From the NCBI GenBank assembly GCA_003244255.1, contig QHCD01000073.1, positions 30,444 through 94,443 of the forward strand: DNA of 64,000 nucleotides, read 5' to 3'. How positions within the stretch are numbered: position 1 is the stretch's first letter; each line of letters starts with the position of its first letter. Of the stretch, positions 52,801 to 61,195 are shown piece by piece. The DNA comes from Pseudonocardiales bacterium (GTDB lineage Bacteria > Actinomycetota > Actinomycetes > Mycobacteriales > QHCD01). Below the pieces are notes generated by a model. The model searched no databases. It was given only the letters and a program-made list of their open reading frames with translations, and had not been told where the DNA came from. A program made the translations under genes and the position numbers.

Positions 52801-53418
52801 CGCCTGCACGCCTTCCCAGATGAACCGGCCGGCCTCTTGATGGTTGCCGTGACCGGCAGCGAGCGTCGGGGTGAAGCCGACGTAGATGTCTGGCTGGGTC
52901 TGGCGGATGATGCGGGTCACCCGGCGCAGCGTGTCGTCATGCCCCCAGAAGAACTGGGTCAGCGGTGCGCTCTGGTTGTAGAAGAAGTCGATCTTGTCGA
53001 GGTAGAACAGCTCGGTCGTGCCGGACCGGTAGTGCGCCGCGCGGTCCTCGTTCTCCCGGCGCAGGCCGAGCGCGGGGCCCGTCTCGGTGCCGACCGCGTT
53101 GCCGCCGCCCTCACCGCGAGTTGCCTGGATGATGCCGCAGCGCACGCCGTACTTCTGGTGCCACACGGCGCACGGGCCGATGATGCTCGTGTCGTCGTCG
53201 GGGTGCGCCCACTCACCGAGCACGTTGATCTTGTGCGGGTTGCTCGACTGCGGCACGGTCAACGTCGCGCCGGCGGCTGGTCTGGCCGCGGGCGCCGCCC
53301 GCGCGGGCAGGACGGTCGCGGCGAGAAAGCCCGCCACCACGGCCGTTGCGGTTACGGCCGCCCCCACGGCCTTTCTCCGACTGTGCGGAGTGGGAAGCGC
53401 AGACATGATCGACATCAC
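49807..53418 (-). CDS. 1203-aa secreted multidomain protein: PIG-L/LmbE deacetylase, two NEW3-like beta-sandwich modules, a CBM9-like module, and a Cys-containing beta-helix-like C-terminus
   Basis: Tat-like signal HSRRKAVGAAV...ARAAP. PIG-L motifs WAHPDDD and ATRGEGGGN. LTVPSGW...ATFTVTP and LTLPSGF...VQFTVTN modules. CBM9-like KVTWNNDNLYFFVHVRDD...DSVEIQIDP. Confidence 0.85.
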   Translation of the reverse strand: MMSIMSALPTPHSRRKAVGAAVTATAVVAGFLAATVLPARAAPAARPAAGATLTVPQSSNPHKINVLGEWAHPDDDTSIIGPCAVWHQKYGVRCGIIQATRGEGGGNAVGTETGPALGLRRENEDRAAHYRSGTTELFYLDKIDFFYNQSAPLTQFFWGHDDTLRRVTRIIRQTQPDIYVGFTPTLAAGHGNHQEAGRFIWEGVQAAADPTMFPDQLTGPDKLSTWQVKKVVSGGSTAGTGGTNSAPNCTTGFVPDPTNLDTVAGVWNGYDSPYTWPAGNIQGIAAGTHKSWAQVATEGRSAYPTQSRTMYQQVAAPSCSRFGVTESFVPFQPNLDGDGSPNPSAGLDNALLFGAAVPDPGGLPLGSLLYLTFSRYFNVAGEPVTVTVHARSGKGTLPAGSVHLTVPSGWALSGSTRIGPINPNSETTATFTVTPATSAAAGEFRIAANLTAGAKSGYTDNVLQIVPPAEGRFQRWGKFAEYDNWVTKTTPSALRLGRSPAVQSIGAGESITVPVDVHNWSTAAQSGAVALTLPSGFTADATSKPYSSLAPNATKTVQFTVTNTDPGIASSVSYPVGISTSYSAPAGSSSETLSLDLVPQTTIPQATTAPTLDATESPGEYSGPALDLSKIWQGTACAPAGVDCGTAAGAQPGDANSTYAKVTWNNDNLYFFVHVRDDTQSYAASPQQCFAHWLTDSVEIQIDPRGNSSQTNADTSTTFKTGIFPFTNDPTNTLGNAGPNQPCWERDADNHQGFSNGPLASTVPDAPNAPGMQVVSSATWVGNNDPSQPHAYVDGYYNLEVKIPMADLPAAVGPTDKAPTGDASTNVVNPEHMGFNITPYDEDNQLHIDQSTRLGWSAWGSVQSDPYNWGHAYLAGYQPPPGRSTTPTTPIVPMTALRGADSPQTIWQSATNGVPFAGENPAPANDRVAVTKTSLSGTAATLTVHATGSGRMHVFLWNGDHAYIPVFTSSCASDPYEQGFTPCSASDGTSPPWGTDMSGRLVADRVVYLGAGTRTVTIALTATQVAKLRDGGQALVSFETPPVSLGSGQKQRRAEALALPLTCGSVIGGTRAGDLRISSGTTCLTGGTINGRVTVAENGSFVATGGTITRGLAGSGSGDVVVAGTTIGSSVVLDGVVGHVSLDGAQVNGSVSVRNSNTGDAPSVVAENRIAGSLGCSANLPAPTNADRSDTVQGPESGQCFEF

Positions 53419-53454
53419 CTCGAAGAGAGTCGGACCGATGCACGGACTGAACGG

Positions 53455-54294
53455 CTATTCCTTGACGCCCCCCGCGAGCATTCCCCGGATGAAACTGCGC
53501 TGCAGCAGCAGGTAGAGGACCACGACGGGCAGCGCCACCAGCGCGGCTGCGGCCGCGAGCAGGGACAGGTCGGAGGTGTGCTGACCCTGGAAGAACGCGA
53601 GTCCGAGCGGCACCGTGCGCAGGCTGTCGGAGGTGATCATCACCAGCGGGAGCAAGAACTCGTTCCAGGTCCACATCCAGGTGATCACCAGCATCGTCGT
53701 GATCGCCGGCCGCCCGATCGGCACGAGCACCCGCCAGAGCACGGTCCAGCTAGTCGCGCCGTCGACCCGCGCGGCCTCCGTGATGCTGCGCGGCGATGAT
53801 CGGAAGTACGCGCGCATCCAGAAGGTGCCAAAGGAGATCGACTGCGCGGTCTGCGGCAGGATGAGAGCCCAGTAGGTGTCGGTGACCCCGAGCCCTCGCA
53901 GGTCGAAGTACAGCGGGACGACGAGCGCCTCTTCGGGCACCATGAGGCCGAGCAGGACGAGGTAGAACAGCGCACCGGAGCCCGCAAAGTCCATGGTGCC
54001 GAAGGCGAATCCGGCCATCGTCGAGAGCACCGCGGATGCCACCACGACGCTGATGGTCACGATCAGCGACGACTTCATGTAGGTGCCGAAATGCCCGCGC
54101 TGCCAGGCCGTGACGAAGTTGTGCCAGTCCAGGCTGTGCGGGAGCGCGAAACCGGTGGCCGTGCTGCCCTCGGGAGTGAACGCGGTCAGCAGGATGCCGA
54201 CGATCGGCACCAGGGCGATCACGGTGAAGACCGCGAGCACGGCGTAGTTCGCGGTCTGCTCCGAGCGCGATCCACGCGCCGCCGACGTCGTCAC
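53455..54294 (-). CDS. carbohydrate ABC transporter permease (MalG-like)
   Basis: Six TM segments and the EAA loop ITEAARVDGATSWTVLWRVLVP. Confidence 0.92.
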   Translation of the reverse strand: MTTSAARGSRSEQTANYAVLAVFTVIALVPIVGILLTAFTPEGSTATGFALPHSLDWHNFVTAWQRGHFGTYMKSSLIVTISVVVASAVLSTMAGFAFGTMDFAGSGALFYLVLLGLMVPEEALVVPLYFDLRGLGVTDTYWALILPQTAQSISFGTFWMRAYFRSSPRSITEAARVDGATSWTVLWRVLVPIGRPAITTMLVITWMWTWNEFLLPLVMITSDSLRTVPLGLAFFQGQHTSDLSLLAAAAALVALPVVVLYLLLQRSFIRGMLAGGVKE

Positions 54295-54346
54295 TCTGCC
54301 GCCTCAGCGGTACAGAGCGCCTCGGCGGTACAGCGTGCCTCGGCGG

Positions 54347-55306
54347 TCACGACCGGGGCCCTTCGACGGCGCGGGACACCACGAAGGTGACCACGAAGAT
54401 CAGCGCCGTCAGCGCGATACCGATCGCCGCGGCCGAGCCGACCTCGTTCGTGTCGAAGGCGCGGTGGTAGACCTCATAGGACGGGACGGACGTCGCGTTG
54501 CCCGGGCCGCCACCGGTCGTGAGATAGACCAGGTCGAAGTTGCGCAGGCCCGCGACGATCGTCAGCGTCAGCGCGACCGACGCCTCGCCGCGCAGGCCCG
54601 GCAGCGTGACGACGAGGAACTCCCGGATCGCCCCGGCGCCGTCCATCCGAGCCGCCTCGTAGAGTTCGCGCGGGATCCGCTGCGCACCAGCCAGGAAGAG
54701 CACCAGGCACAGGCCGACCTCCACCCACGTGCCGATCAGGCCTACCGCGGGCAGCGCGAGGTTGAAGTCACCGAGCCACGCGCGGGTGAGGCTGCCCAGG
54801 CCGATCCGGTGCAGGACGCCGTTGAGCAGGCCGTCGGGGGAGTAGATCGAGCGCCACGCGACCGCGACGACGACCATCGCGATCACCTGTGGCAGGAACA
54901 GCACGGTGCGAAAGAACGTCATGCCGCGAAGCTGGTGCCGGGAGAGCACGGCGGCCAGCAAGAAGGCGATGGCCACCGGCAAGACGGCGTAGAAGATCAG
55001 CAGCACAAGGGAGTGCACGAACGGACCGCGAAGGGATGAATCGGTGACGAGCGCTGTGTAGTTGCTGATCCCGGCCCAGCTGCTCGGGCCGAGACCGTCC
55101 CAGTTGAACAGCGAGATCCAGGCCGCGTGCACCAGCGGGAACAGCACGAAGCAGCCGTAGACGACGAGCGCCGGCGCGATGTAGAGGTAGCCGACACGTC
55201 GCGGCTCGCCCGGCGCCCGACGGCTCCGGCGCCCGCTCCGGCGGGTCGGCAGCGCCGGTGACGCCGCCGCCGCCACGTCCGGTCGTCGCGCGACGGTGTG
55301 GGTCAC
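54347..55306 (-). CDS. carbohydrate ABC transporter permease (MalF-like)
   Basis: EAA loop LYEAARMDGAGAIREFLVVTLP. The start is uncertain. Confidence 0.9.
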   Translation of the reverse strand: MTHTVARRPDVAAAASPALPTRRSGRRSRRAPGEPRRVGYLYIAPALVVYGCFVLFPLVHAAWISLFNWDGLGPSSWAGISNYTALVTDSSLRGPFVHSLVLLIFYAVLPVAIAFLLAAVLSRHQLRGMTFFRTVLFLPQVIAMVVVAVAWRSIYSPDGLLNGVLHRIGLGSLTRAWLGDFNLALPAVGLIGTWVEVGLCLVLFLAGAQRIPRELYEAARMDGAGAIREFLVVTLPGLRGEASVALTLTIVAGLRNFDLVYLTTGGGPGNATSVPSYEVYHRAFDTNEVGSAAAIGIALTALIFVVTFVVSRAVEGPRS

Positions 55307-55339
55307 GGCTTGCTGGCGGTCACGGCTCGGTCATCGCGG

Positions 55340-56698
55340 TCAGTGGAACTTGCCGTAGTCGCTCTGCAGTGTCTTGCCGAACGACGACGGCGTCGTCCTG
55401 CCGCCGATCAGGTTCTGCAGTGCCGCGGTGATCGTGTCGTAGAACGTCGGCGTCGAGTAGTCGAGGTACGGCACCAGCCCGTCGTCGGTGGACAGCTGCT
55501 TCCAGGCCGCGAACACCTGCGCCTCGGCGCTGCCGGCGGGCAGGCTCGCCGCTGCGGTCGAGGCCATGGCGGGCAGGTTGCCGGTCCTGGTCATCACGTT
55601 TGCCGCGTTCGGGTTGGTAATGAAGTCCAGGTAGGCGGCTGCGACGTCGGTGTGCTTGGACTTCGCGGTGATCGACCATGCCAGGCCCTCGCCGCCGGTG
55701 GTGACGGCCTTGCCGCCGGCCCGCTCCGGTGGCGGGAGCATCACGCCGAGGTCCTTGCCGAGTTTGGCGAGGTCGGCGAGTTCCCAGGTGCCCGTCATCA
55801 GGAAGACACCGGTGCCGGATGCGAACTTCTTCGCGGCGTCGTCGTAGGCGAGACCGTTCGCGCCGGGGGTGAGGTAGCCCTTCTTGGCCCACTCCTGCAG
55901 CGTCGTGGCTGCCTGCACGGTCTGGGGATCGTCGTAGGACTGCGATCCGGTCCCGAACACCAGGTCACGAACGGTGGTTGGCCCGGCGGTGCGGGACTGG
56001 ATGACGCCGAAGGTGTGGATCGCGGGGTACTTGTCCTGGTTGCCGAACTCGATCGGGGTCTGGCCCTTGGCCTTGATCGTTGCGAGCTCGGAGGTGAACT
56101 GCGCCCAGGACGTCGGCTGCTTCAGTCCGAGCGAGCTGAGCTTGGCCTTGTTGTAGTACAGCGCGATGAACTCGCCGGTCTGCGAGATGCCGTAGAGGTT
56201 GCCCGAGCCGAACGACGACGCGCCGGGCGATACCCGGTTCAAGTTGAGCAGCGTCGCGGGATATCGGTCTGCCCACTTGTAGACCTTGGAGTAGCTGTCC
56301 AGCGGCTGCAGGAGTCCGGCCTTGACGAACGCGACCATGTCCGGGTAGCCCTGATTGGCCTCGACGACGTCGGGCGGGTTGCCGCTGGAGATGGCGAGTT
56401 TCAGCGTGGTCTTCAGGTCGGAGAAGCTGCGCGGCGTCCGTTTGATGGTGACGTTCGGATTCTTCGCCATGAACTGCTTGTTCAGCGCGGTGATCTCGGC
56501 GTTCTGCCCGCCGCGGACCTCCTGGTCCCAGACGGTGAGGGTCACCTTGCCCGCGGTCTGCGCGTTCGTGGTGATCTGGGCGGGCGGCTTGGTGGCGACC
56601 TTCTTCGGCTTCGTCGTCCCGCCGGGCGCGCAGGCGCCGACCGTGGCGACGACGATCGCCAGGACGGCTGCCGCGCTGATCTTTCTCGAGCTCCGCAT
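55340..56698 (-). CDS. sugar ABC transporter substrate-binding lipoprotein
   Basis: Signal peptide plus lipobox VVATVGAC, and a family-1 solute-binding fold pattern. Confidence 0.9.
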   Translation of the reverse strand: MRSSRKISAAAVLAIVVATVGACAPGGTTKPKKVATKPPAQITTNAQTAGKVTLTVWDQEVRGGQNAEITALNKQFMAKNPNVTIKRTPRSFSDLKTTLKLAISSGNPPDVVEANQGYPDMVAFVKAGLLQPLDSYSKVYKWADRYPATLLNLNRVSPGASSFGSGNLYGISQTGEFIALYYNKAKLSSLGLKQPTSWAQFTSELATIKAKGQTPIEFGNQDKYPAIHTFGVIQSRTAGPTTVRDLVFGTGSQSYDDPQTVQAATTLQEWAKKGYLTPGANGLAYDDAAKKFASGTGVFLMTGTWELADLAKLGKDLGVMLPPPERAGGKAVTTGGEGLAWSITAKSKHTDVAAAYLDFITNPNAANVMTRTGNLPAMASTAAASLPAGSAEAQVFAAWKQLSTDDGLVPYLDYSTPTFYDTITAALQNLIGGRTTPSSFGKTLQSDYGKFH

Positions 56699-56753
56699 CA
56701 GGTCTCTCCATGCCGGGTCGGCCAGTCGTGGTGGCGCTTACTCGCTTCCGCGC

Positions 56754-56859
56754 AGTCTGGCCCGGCTGATCAAGTCTGGCAAGAGTCGCGCGGCAACCGC
56801 ATGAACCGTGCGCGAGTGTGATCGGCTCTGGTGTCAGGTTGATCGGTGCGGGATAGTCT
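56754..56859. promoter_or_regulatory. direct repeats in the SBP/deoR divergent region (candidate DeoR operators)
   Basis: AGTCTGGC at 56754 and 56773, AGTCT again at 56855, and TGATCGG at 56819 and 56840. Confidence 0.3.
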
Positions 56860-56865
56860 CTGCCC

Positions 56866-57621
56866 ATGCTCCGACAGCAACGCGACCTGCGGATCGTGCA
56901 GCAGCTGCGCGCCCGGGGGCCGGCGTCGGTGCACGATCTGGCCCGCGAGCTCGGCGTCAGCGCCTCGACGGTCCGCCGCGACCTGGGCCGGCTCGACCGG
57001 GACGGCGAGCTGCGCCGCGTGTACGGCGGCGCATCTCCCCGCGCCGTGCCAGCGGAGAAGCCGTTCCCGGAGTCGCTGGACACCCAGCGCGAGGTGAAGG
57101 AGGCCGTCGCCGCCAGGGCCGTCGAGCTGATCCGCGACGACGACGTCGTGCTGCTGGACATCGGCACGACGACCCTGTTCATGGCCCGGCGGCTGCACGG
57201 CCGCCCGCTCACGATCATCACCAGCAGCCTGGCCGTGCTCGACGAGCTCCGCGACGACCACGCGATCCAGCTGGTGGTGCTCGGCGGCGTGGTGCGGCGC
57301 AACTACCGATCCCTGGTCGGAGCGCTCACCGAGGCCGCGCTGCGCGTGGTGTGCGCCGACCGGCTGTTCTTAAGCTGCACCGGCATCCGCCGCAACGGCG
57401 ACGTCATCGACGACACCAGTATCGAGACCCCGCTGAAGCAGGCGATGCTGCGGGCGTCGCAATCGACCGTGCTGCTGTCTCGCAGCGGAAAGTTCCCCGG
57501 GACCGGGGCGGTGCGGGTGTGCTCGGTGGCCGACGTCGACACGGTGGTGACCGACGCGGGCTCCGACGAGGCGACGCTCGAACGGGTTCGCGAGTCCGGT
57601 GGCACCGTGGTGTTCGCGTGA
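56866..57621 (+). CDS. DeoR/GlpR-family transcriptional regulator
   Basis: RDLRIVQQLRARGPASVHDLARELGVSASTVRRDLGRLDRDGELRRVYGGA. Confidence 0.93.
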   Translation: MLRQQRDLRIVQQLRARGPASVHDLARELGVSASTVRRDLGRLDRDGELRRVYGGASPRAVPAEKPFPESLDTQREVKEAVAARAVELIRDDDVVLLDIGTTTLFMARRLHGRPLTIITSSLAVLDELRDDHAIQLVVLGGVVRRNYRSLVGALTEAALRVVCADRLFLSCTGIRRNGDVIDDTSIETPLKQAMLRASQSTVLLSRSGKFPGTGAVRVCSVADVDTVVTDAGSDEATLERVRESGGTVVFA

Positions 57622-58928
57622 GGCTCTCGATCCTGGGCGGCGGTGGCTTCCGGATCCCGCTGATCTACCGTGCACTCCTCGACGACCCGGATCGCCACCG
57701 CATCGACGAGATCGTGCTCTACGACGTCGCCGCCGATCGGCTCGACGTAATCGAGAGCGTGCTGGCGGCTATGGCCGAATCGGCTGGGCCGGCCCCCAGC
57801 GTGCCGTCGCTTGTTCGCGCGCGCGCGCTCGAGGAGGCCGTCACCGGTGCCGACTTCGTGTTCTCGGCCGTCCGGGTCGGCGGGCTGGCCGGCCGGATCC
57901 ACGACGAGCGCGTGGCGCTCGAGCTCGGCGTGCTCGGACAGGAGACCACCGGGCCCGGCGGGCTCGCCTACGGCTTGCGCACCATCCCCGTTGCGATGCG
58001 AATCGCCCACGCCGTAAGGACTTTCGCGCCGCATGCGTGGGTGCTGAACTTCACCAACCCCGCGGGCATGATCACGCAGGCGATGCAGCGCGTGCTCGGC
58101 GACCGCGTGATCGGCATCTGCGACGCACCGGAGAGCATGGTTCTGCGGATCGCCGCCGCGACCGGGCACCGCGGTCGCCTCGATGCCGACTATGTCGGCC
58201 TGAACCACCTCGGCTGGCTGCGCGGGCTGCGCGTCGACGGCACCGACGTCCTGCCGGCCGTGCTCGGCGACGACCGGGTGCTCGGGGAACTCGAGGAGGG
58301 CCAGATCTTCGGCCCGGACTGGCTGCGGGCGCTCGGCTGCATCCCGAACGAGTACCTGTACTACTACGACTTCACCCGCGAGGCGATTGCCGCCATCCTC
58401 GCGGCCGGCATGACCCGTGGCGAGTACCTGCTGCGGCAGCAGGGCGACTTCTACGCCGCGGCGCAGGCGGCCCCGGGCGAGGCGCTGTCGCTCTGGCAGC
58501 ACGCCGTCGACGCCCGGCAGTCCACCTACATGGCCGAGGCGAGGGCGGCCGCCAAGCCGCGACCGGAGCTGCCCGACGTCGGCGGCTACGAGCGGGTGGC
58601 GCTCGGCGTGATGTCGGCTATCTCGTCCGACGCCGGCGCCACGATGATCCTCAACGTGCGCAACGACGCCGCCGTCGACGGCCTGCCGGCAGACGCCGTC
58701 GTCGAGGTGGCGAGCACGGTCGACGCGAAGGGCGCGCACCCGCAGGACGTCGGCGCACCGGCCGGCTACCAGCTCGGCCTGATGCAGCAGGTCAAGGCGG
58801 TCGAGGGGATGACGATCGAAGCGGCCGATTCCGGGTCCCGCGACGACGCGTGGCGGGCGTTCGCCGCCCACCCGCTGGTCGACTCCGTCGCGATTGCTCG
58901 CCGGCTGGTGGTGGGCTACCTCGGCTGA
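57618..58928 (+). CDS. glycoside hydrolase family 4 enzyme (usually annotated 6-phospho-beta-glucosidase)
   Basis: Rossmann start LSILGGGGFRIP, the Cys loop GICDAP, and GLNHLGWL. GTGA overlap with deoR. Confidence 0.88.
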   Translation: MRLSILGGGGFRIPLIYRALLDDPDRHRIDEIVLYDVAADRLDVIESVLAAMAESAGPAPSVPSLVRARALEEAVTGADFVFSAVRVGGLAGRIHDERVALELGVLGQETTGPGGLAYGLRTIPVAMRIAHAVRTFAPHAWVLNFTNPAGMITQAMQRVLGDRVIGICDAPESMVLRIAAATGHRGRLDADYVGLNHLGWLRGLRVDGTDVLPAVLGDDRVLGELEEGQIFGPDWLRALGCIPNEYLYYYDFTREAIAAILAAGMTRGEYLLRQQGDFYAAAQAAPGEALSLWQHAVDARQSTYMAEARAAAKPRPELPDVGGYERVALGVMSAISSDAGATMILNVRNDAAVDGLPADAVVEVASTVDAKGAHPQDVGAPAGYQLGLMQQVKAVEGMTIEAADSGSRDDAWRAFAAHPLVDSVAIARRLVVGYLG

Positions 58929-58978
58929 GCCGCTGCCGCGGACCCGGGCCGGGTCCCGCCGCCCGGCGCCCCTGCGCC

Positions 58979-59040
58979 GCCGAGATCGCAGTTCACCACG
59001 TCCCCGCCGGCGTGTCGCGGTGGTGAACCGCGATCTCGGC
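58979..59040. repeat. hairpin repeat, sub-family B, copy 2 (loop inverted relative to copy 1)
   Basis: GCCGAGATCGCAGTTCACCAC-GTCCCCGCCGGCGTGTCGCG-GTGGTGAACCGCGATCTCGGC. Confidence 0.9.
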
Positions 59041-59068
59041 GATGGGGGGCGACGCAGGCGTAGCCCCG

Positions 59069-59108
59069 CCGATGAGATATCTTGACGTCAAGCAATCTCG
59101 CTCATCGG
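59069..59108 (+). promoter_or_regulatory. nested palindrome in the icd upstream/leader region
   Basis: CCGATGAG...CTTGACGTCAAG...CTCATCGG. The 12-bp perfect palindrome is at 59081-59092. The locally AT-richer region ends 16 nt before the icd start. Confidence 0.4.
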
Positions 59109-59123
59109 TGGGAGCTTTCGTTC

Positions 59124-60341
59124 GTGGCCAGGATCAAGGTGAGTAAGCCCGTCGTCGAGCTCGACGGCGATGAGATGACCCGGATCATCTGGGCCGTCAT
59201 CAGGGACCGGCTGATCCTGCCGTACCTCGACGTCGAGCTCGACTATTACGACCTCGGCATCGCGCACCGCGACGCCACAGACGACCAGGTGACGGTCGAC
59301 GCCGCGAACGCGATCAAGAAGCACGGCGTCGGCGTCAAGTGCGCCACCATCACCCCCGACGAGGCGCGGGTGTCGGAGTTCGGCCTGAAGAAGATGTGGC
59401 GTTCGCCCAACGGCACCATCCGCAACATCCTCGGCGGCGTCATCTTCCGCGAGCCGATCGTGATGTCGAACATCCCGCGGCTGGTCCCGAGCTGGACCAA
59501 GCCGATCATCATCGGCCGCCACGCCTTCGGTGACCAGTACCGCGCCACCGACACGAGCATCCCCGGCCCGGGATCGCTGACCCTGACCTTCACGCCGAAG
59601 GACGGCGGTGAGCCGATGGAACTCGACGTCTACGACTTTGAGGACTCCGGCGTCGCGCTTGCGATGTACAACCTCGACGGGTCCATCCGCGACTTCGCGC
59701 GCGCATCGATGCGGTACGCGCTCGCCCGCCACTACCCGCTGTACCTCTCGACGAAGAACACGATCCTCAAGGCCTACGACGGCCGGTTCAAGGACATCTT
59801 CGCCGAGGTCTTCCAGACCGAGTTTGAGGCCGATTTCACCGCCGCCGGCCTCACCTACGAGCACCGGCTGATCGACGACATGGTCGCCGCCGCGCTGAAG
59901 TGGGAGGGCGGCTATGTCTGGGCCTGCAAGAACTACGACGGCGACGTGCAGTCCGACACCGTGGCGCAGGGCTTCGGCTCGCTCGGACTGATGACGTCGG
60001 TGCTCATGACGCCCGACGGCGAAACGGTGGAGGCCGAGGCCGCGCACGGGACGGTGACGCGGCACTACCGGCAGCACCAGCAGGGAAAGCCGACGTCGAC
60101 CAACCCGATCGCCTCGATCTTCGCCTGGACCCGCGGGCTCTCCCACCGCGGTGCGATGGACTCAACGCCCGACGTCGTTCGCTTCTCCGAGACCCTGGAG
60201 CGGGTCTGCGTCGAGACGGTCGAGAGCGGGTCGATGACCAAGGACTTGGCGCTGCTGGTCGGCGCCGGCACGCCGTTCCTGTCGACCGAGCAGTTCCTCG
60301 CCGCGATCGAGGAGAACCTTGGCGACGCGCTCGCCGGTTGA
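59124..60341 (+). CDS. icd: NADP-dependent isocitrate dehydrogenase (homodimeric, eukaryote-like type)
   Basis: [40 protein letters not shown]. The GTG at 59124 is preceded by ggtgggag; the track start is 59082. Confidence 0.94.
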   Translation: MARIKVSKPVVELDGDEMTRIIWAVIRDRLILPYLDVELDYYDLGIAHRDATDDQVTVDAANAIKKHGVGVKCATITPDEARVSEFGLKKMWRSPNGTIRNILGGVIFREPIVMSNIPRLVPSWTKPIIIGRHAFGDQYRATDTSIPGPGSLTLTFTPKDGGEPMELDVYDFEDSGVALAMYNLDGSIRDFARASMRYALARHYPLYLSTKNTILKAYDGRFKDIFAEVFQTEFEADFTAAGLTYEHRLIDDMVAAALKWEGGYVWACKNYDGDVQSDTVAQGFGSLGLMTSVLMTPDGETVEAEAAHGTVTRHYRQHQQGKPTSTNPIASIFAWTRGLSHRGAMDSTPDVVRFSETLERVCVETVESGSMTKDLALLVGAGTPFLSTEQFLAAIEENLGDALAG

Positions 60342-60344
60342 CGC

Positions 60345-61169
60345 TCAGCGAGCCGGCTCCGGGACGCCACCCTCGGGGTCGGCGACGGCGAGTCGCTTCC
60401 CGTAACGCCTGGCCTGCCGCCCTTCCACAACCCGGCCGAGCTTGGCGAGGCTCGCGTTCACCGCGACGAAGAGCGCCATCACGATCAGGTAGCTCTGCAC
60501 CAGCGGCTGGTTCACGCCGGTCGTGAGGTCGCTGAAGTTGCCGAGCACGTTCGCCTGGTAGAGCAGCTCGGAGTAGGACACGACGTAGCCGAGGGTCGTG
60601 CCCGTCAGCAGGTAGATGCCCTGGCTGATCAGCGCCGGGGCGAGTCGGCGCAGCGCCTGCGGGACGATCACCAGCCGCATCGCCTGCCAGTGGGTGAGCC
60701 CGATGGCGAATGCGGCCTCGGACTGGCCGCGCTCCATCGAGAGGATCCCGGACCGGAAGATCTCGGCCAGCGCGGCGCCGTTGGAGAGCGCGAGGGCGAG
60801 CACCACGTCCCAGTACGGGCCGACGTTGACGCCGTAGTGCGGGAGCAGCAGCAGGAAGATGTAGAGCAGCAGGAGCAGCGGGATCGCCCGCAACAGCTCG
60901 ACGTAACCGCCGGCGACGATACGGCTGGCCCGGCTGCGTGAGAGCCGGCCGAACGCCGCGGCCAGCGCGATCGGTACGGCGATCAGTGCGGCCATCAGCG
61001 CGGCCCGCAGGGTGTCCCAGACCCCGCGCCCGAGGAACCGCCAGGTGCCGCTGTCGTTGAATACCCGCCACTTCGAGGGTCCGAACTGGCCGTGCCGCTC
61101 GAACTGCCACACCGCGAGCCCGATCAGCACGGCGAGCACGACGACGGCCACGGTCGATGCGGTGCGCAC
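60345..61169 (-). CDS. amino-acid-type ABC transporter permease (HisM/GlnP-like), with no partner ATPase or binding protein nearby
   Basis: EAA loop GQSEAAFAIGLTHWQAMRLVIVPQALRRLAP. Confidence 0.85.
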   Translation of the reverse strand: MRTASTVAVVVLAVLIGLAVWQFERHGQFGPSKWRVFNDSGTWRFLGRGVWDTLRAALMAALIAVPIALAAAFGRLSRSRASRIVAGGYVELLRAIPLLLLLYIFLLLLPHYGVNVGPYWDVVLALALSNGAALAEIFRSGILSMERGQSEAAFAIGLTHWQAMRLVIVPQALRRLAPALISQGIYLLTGTTLGYVVSYSELLYQANVLGNFSDLTTGVNQPLVQSYLIVMALFVAVNASLAKLGRVVEGRQARRYGKRLAVADPEGGVPEPAR

Positions 61170-61195
61170 CCGGCGCTGCGTGCGCGGGCCGCCGC

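Noticed and set aside
49792-53799. 1335-aa ORF antisense to the giant secreted protein and the first permease
   Set aside because: It is the same shadow-ORF phenomenon. The opposite strand encodes well-formed PIG-L, CBM9-like and permease motifs, and the antisense product is Arg/Gly/Asp low complexity.
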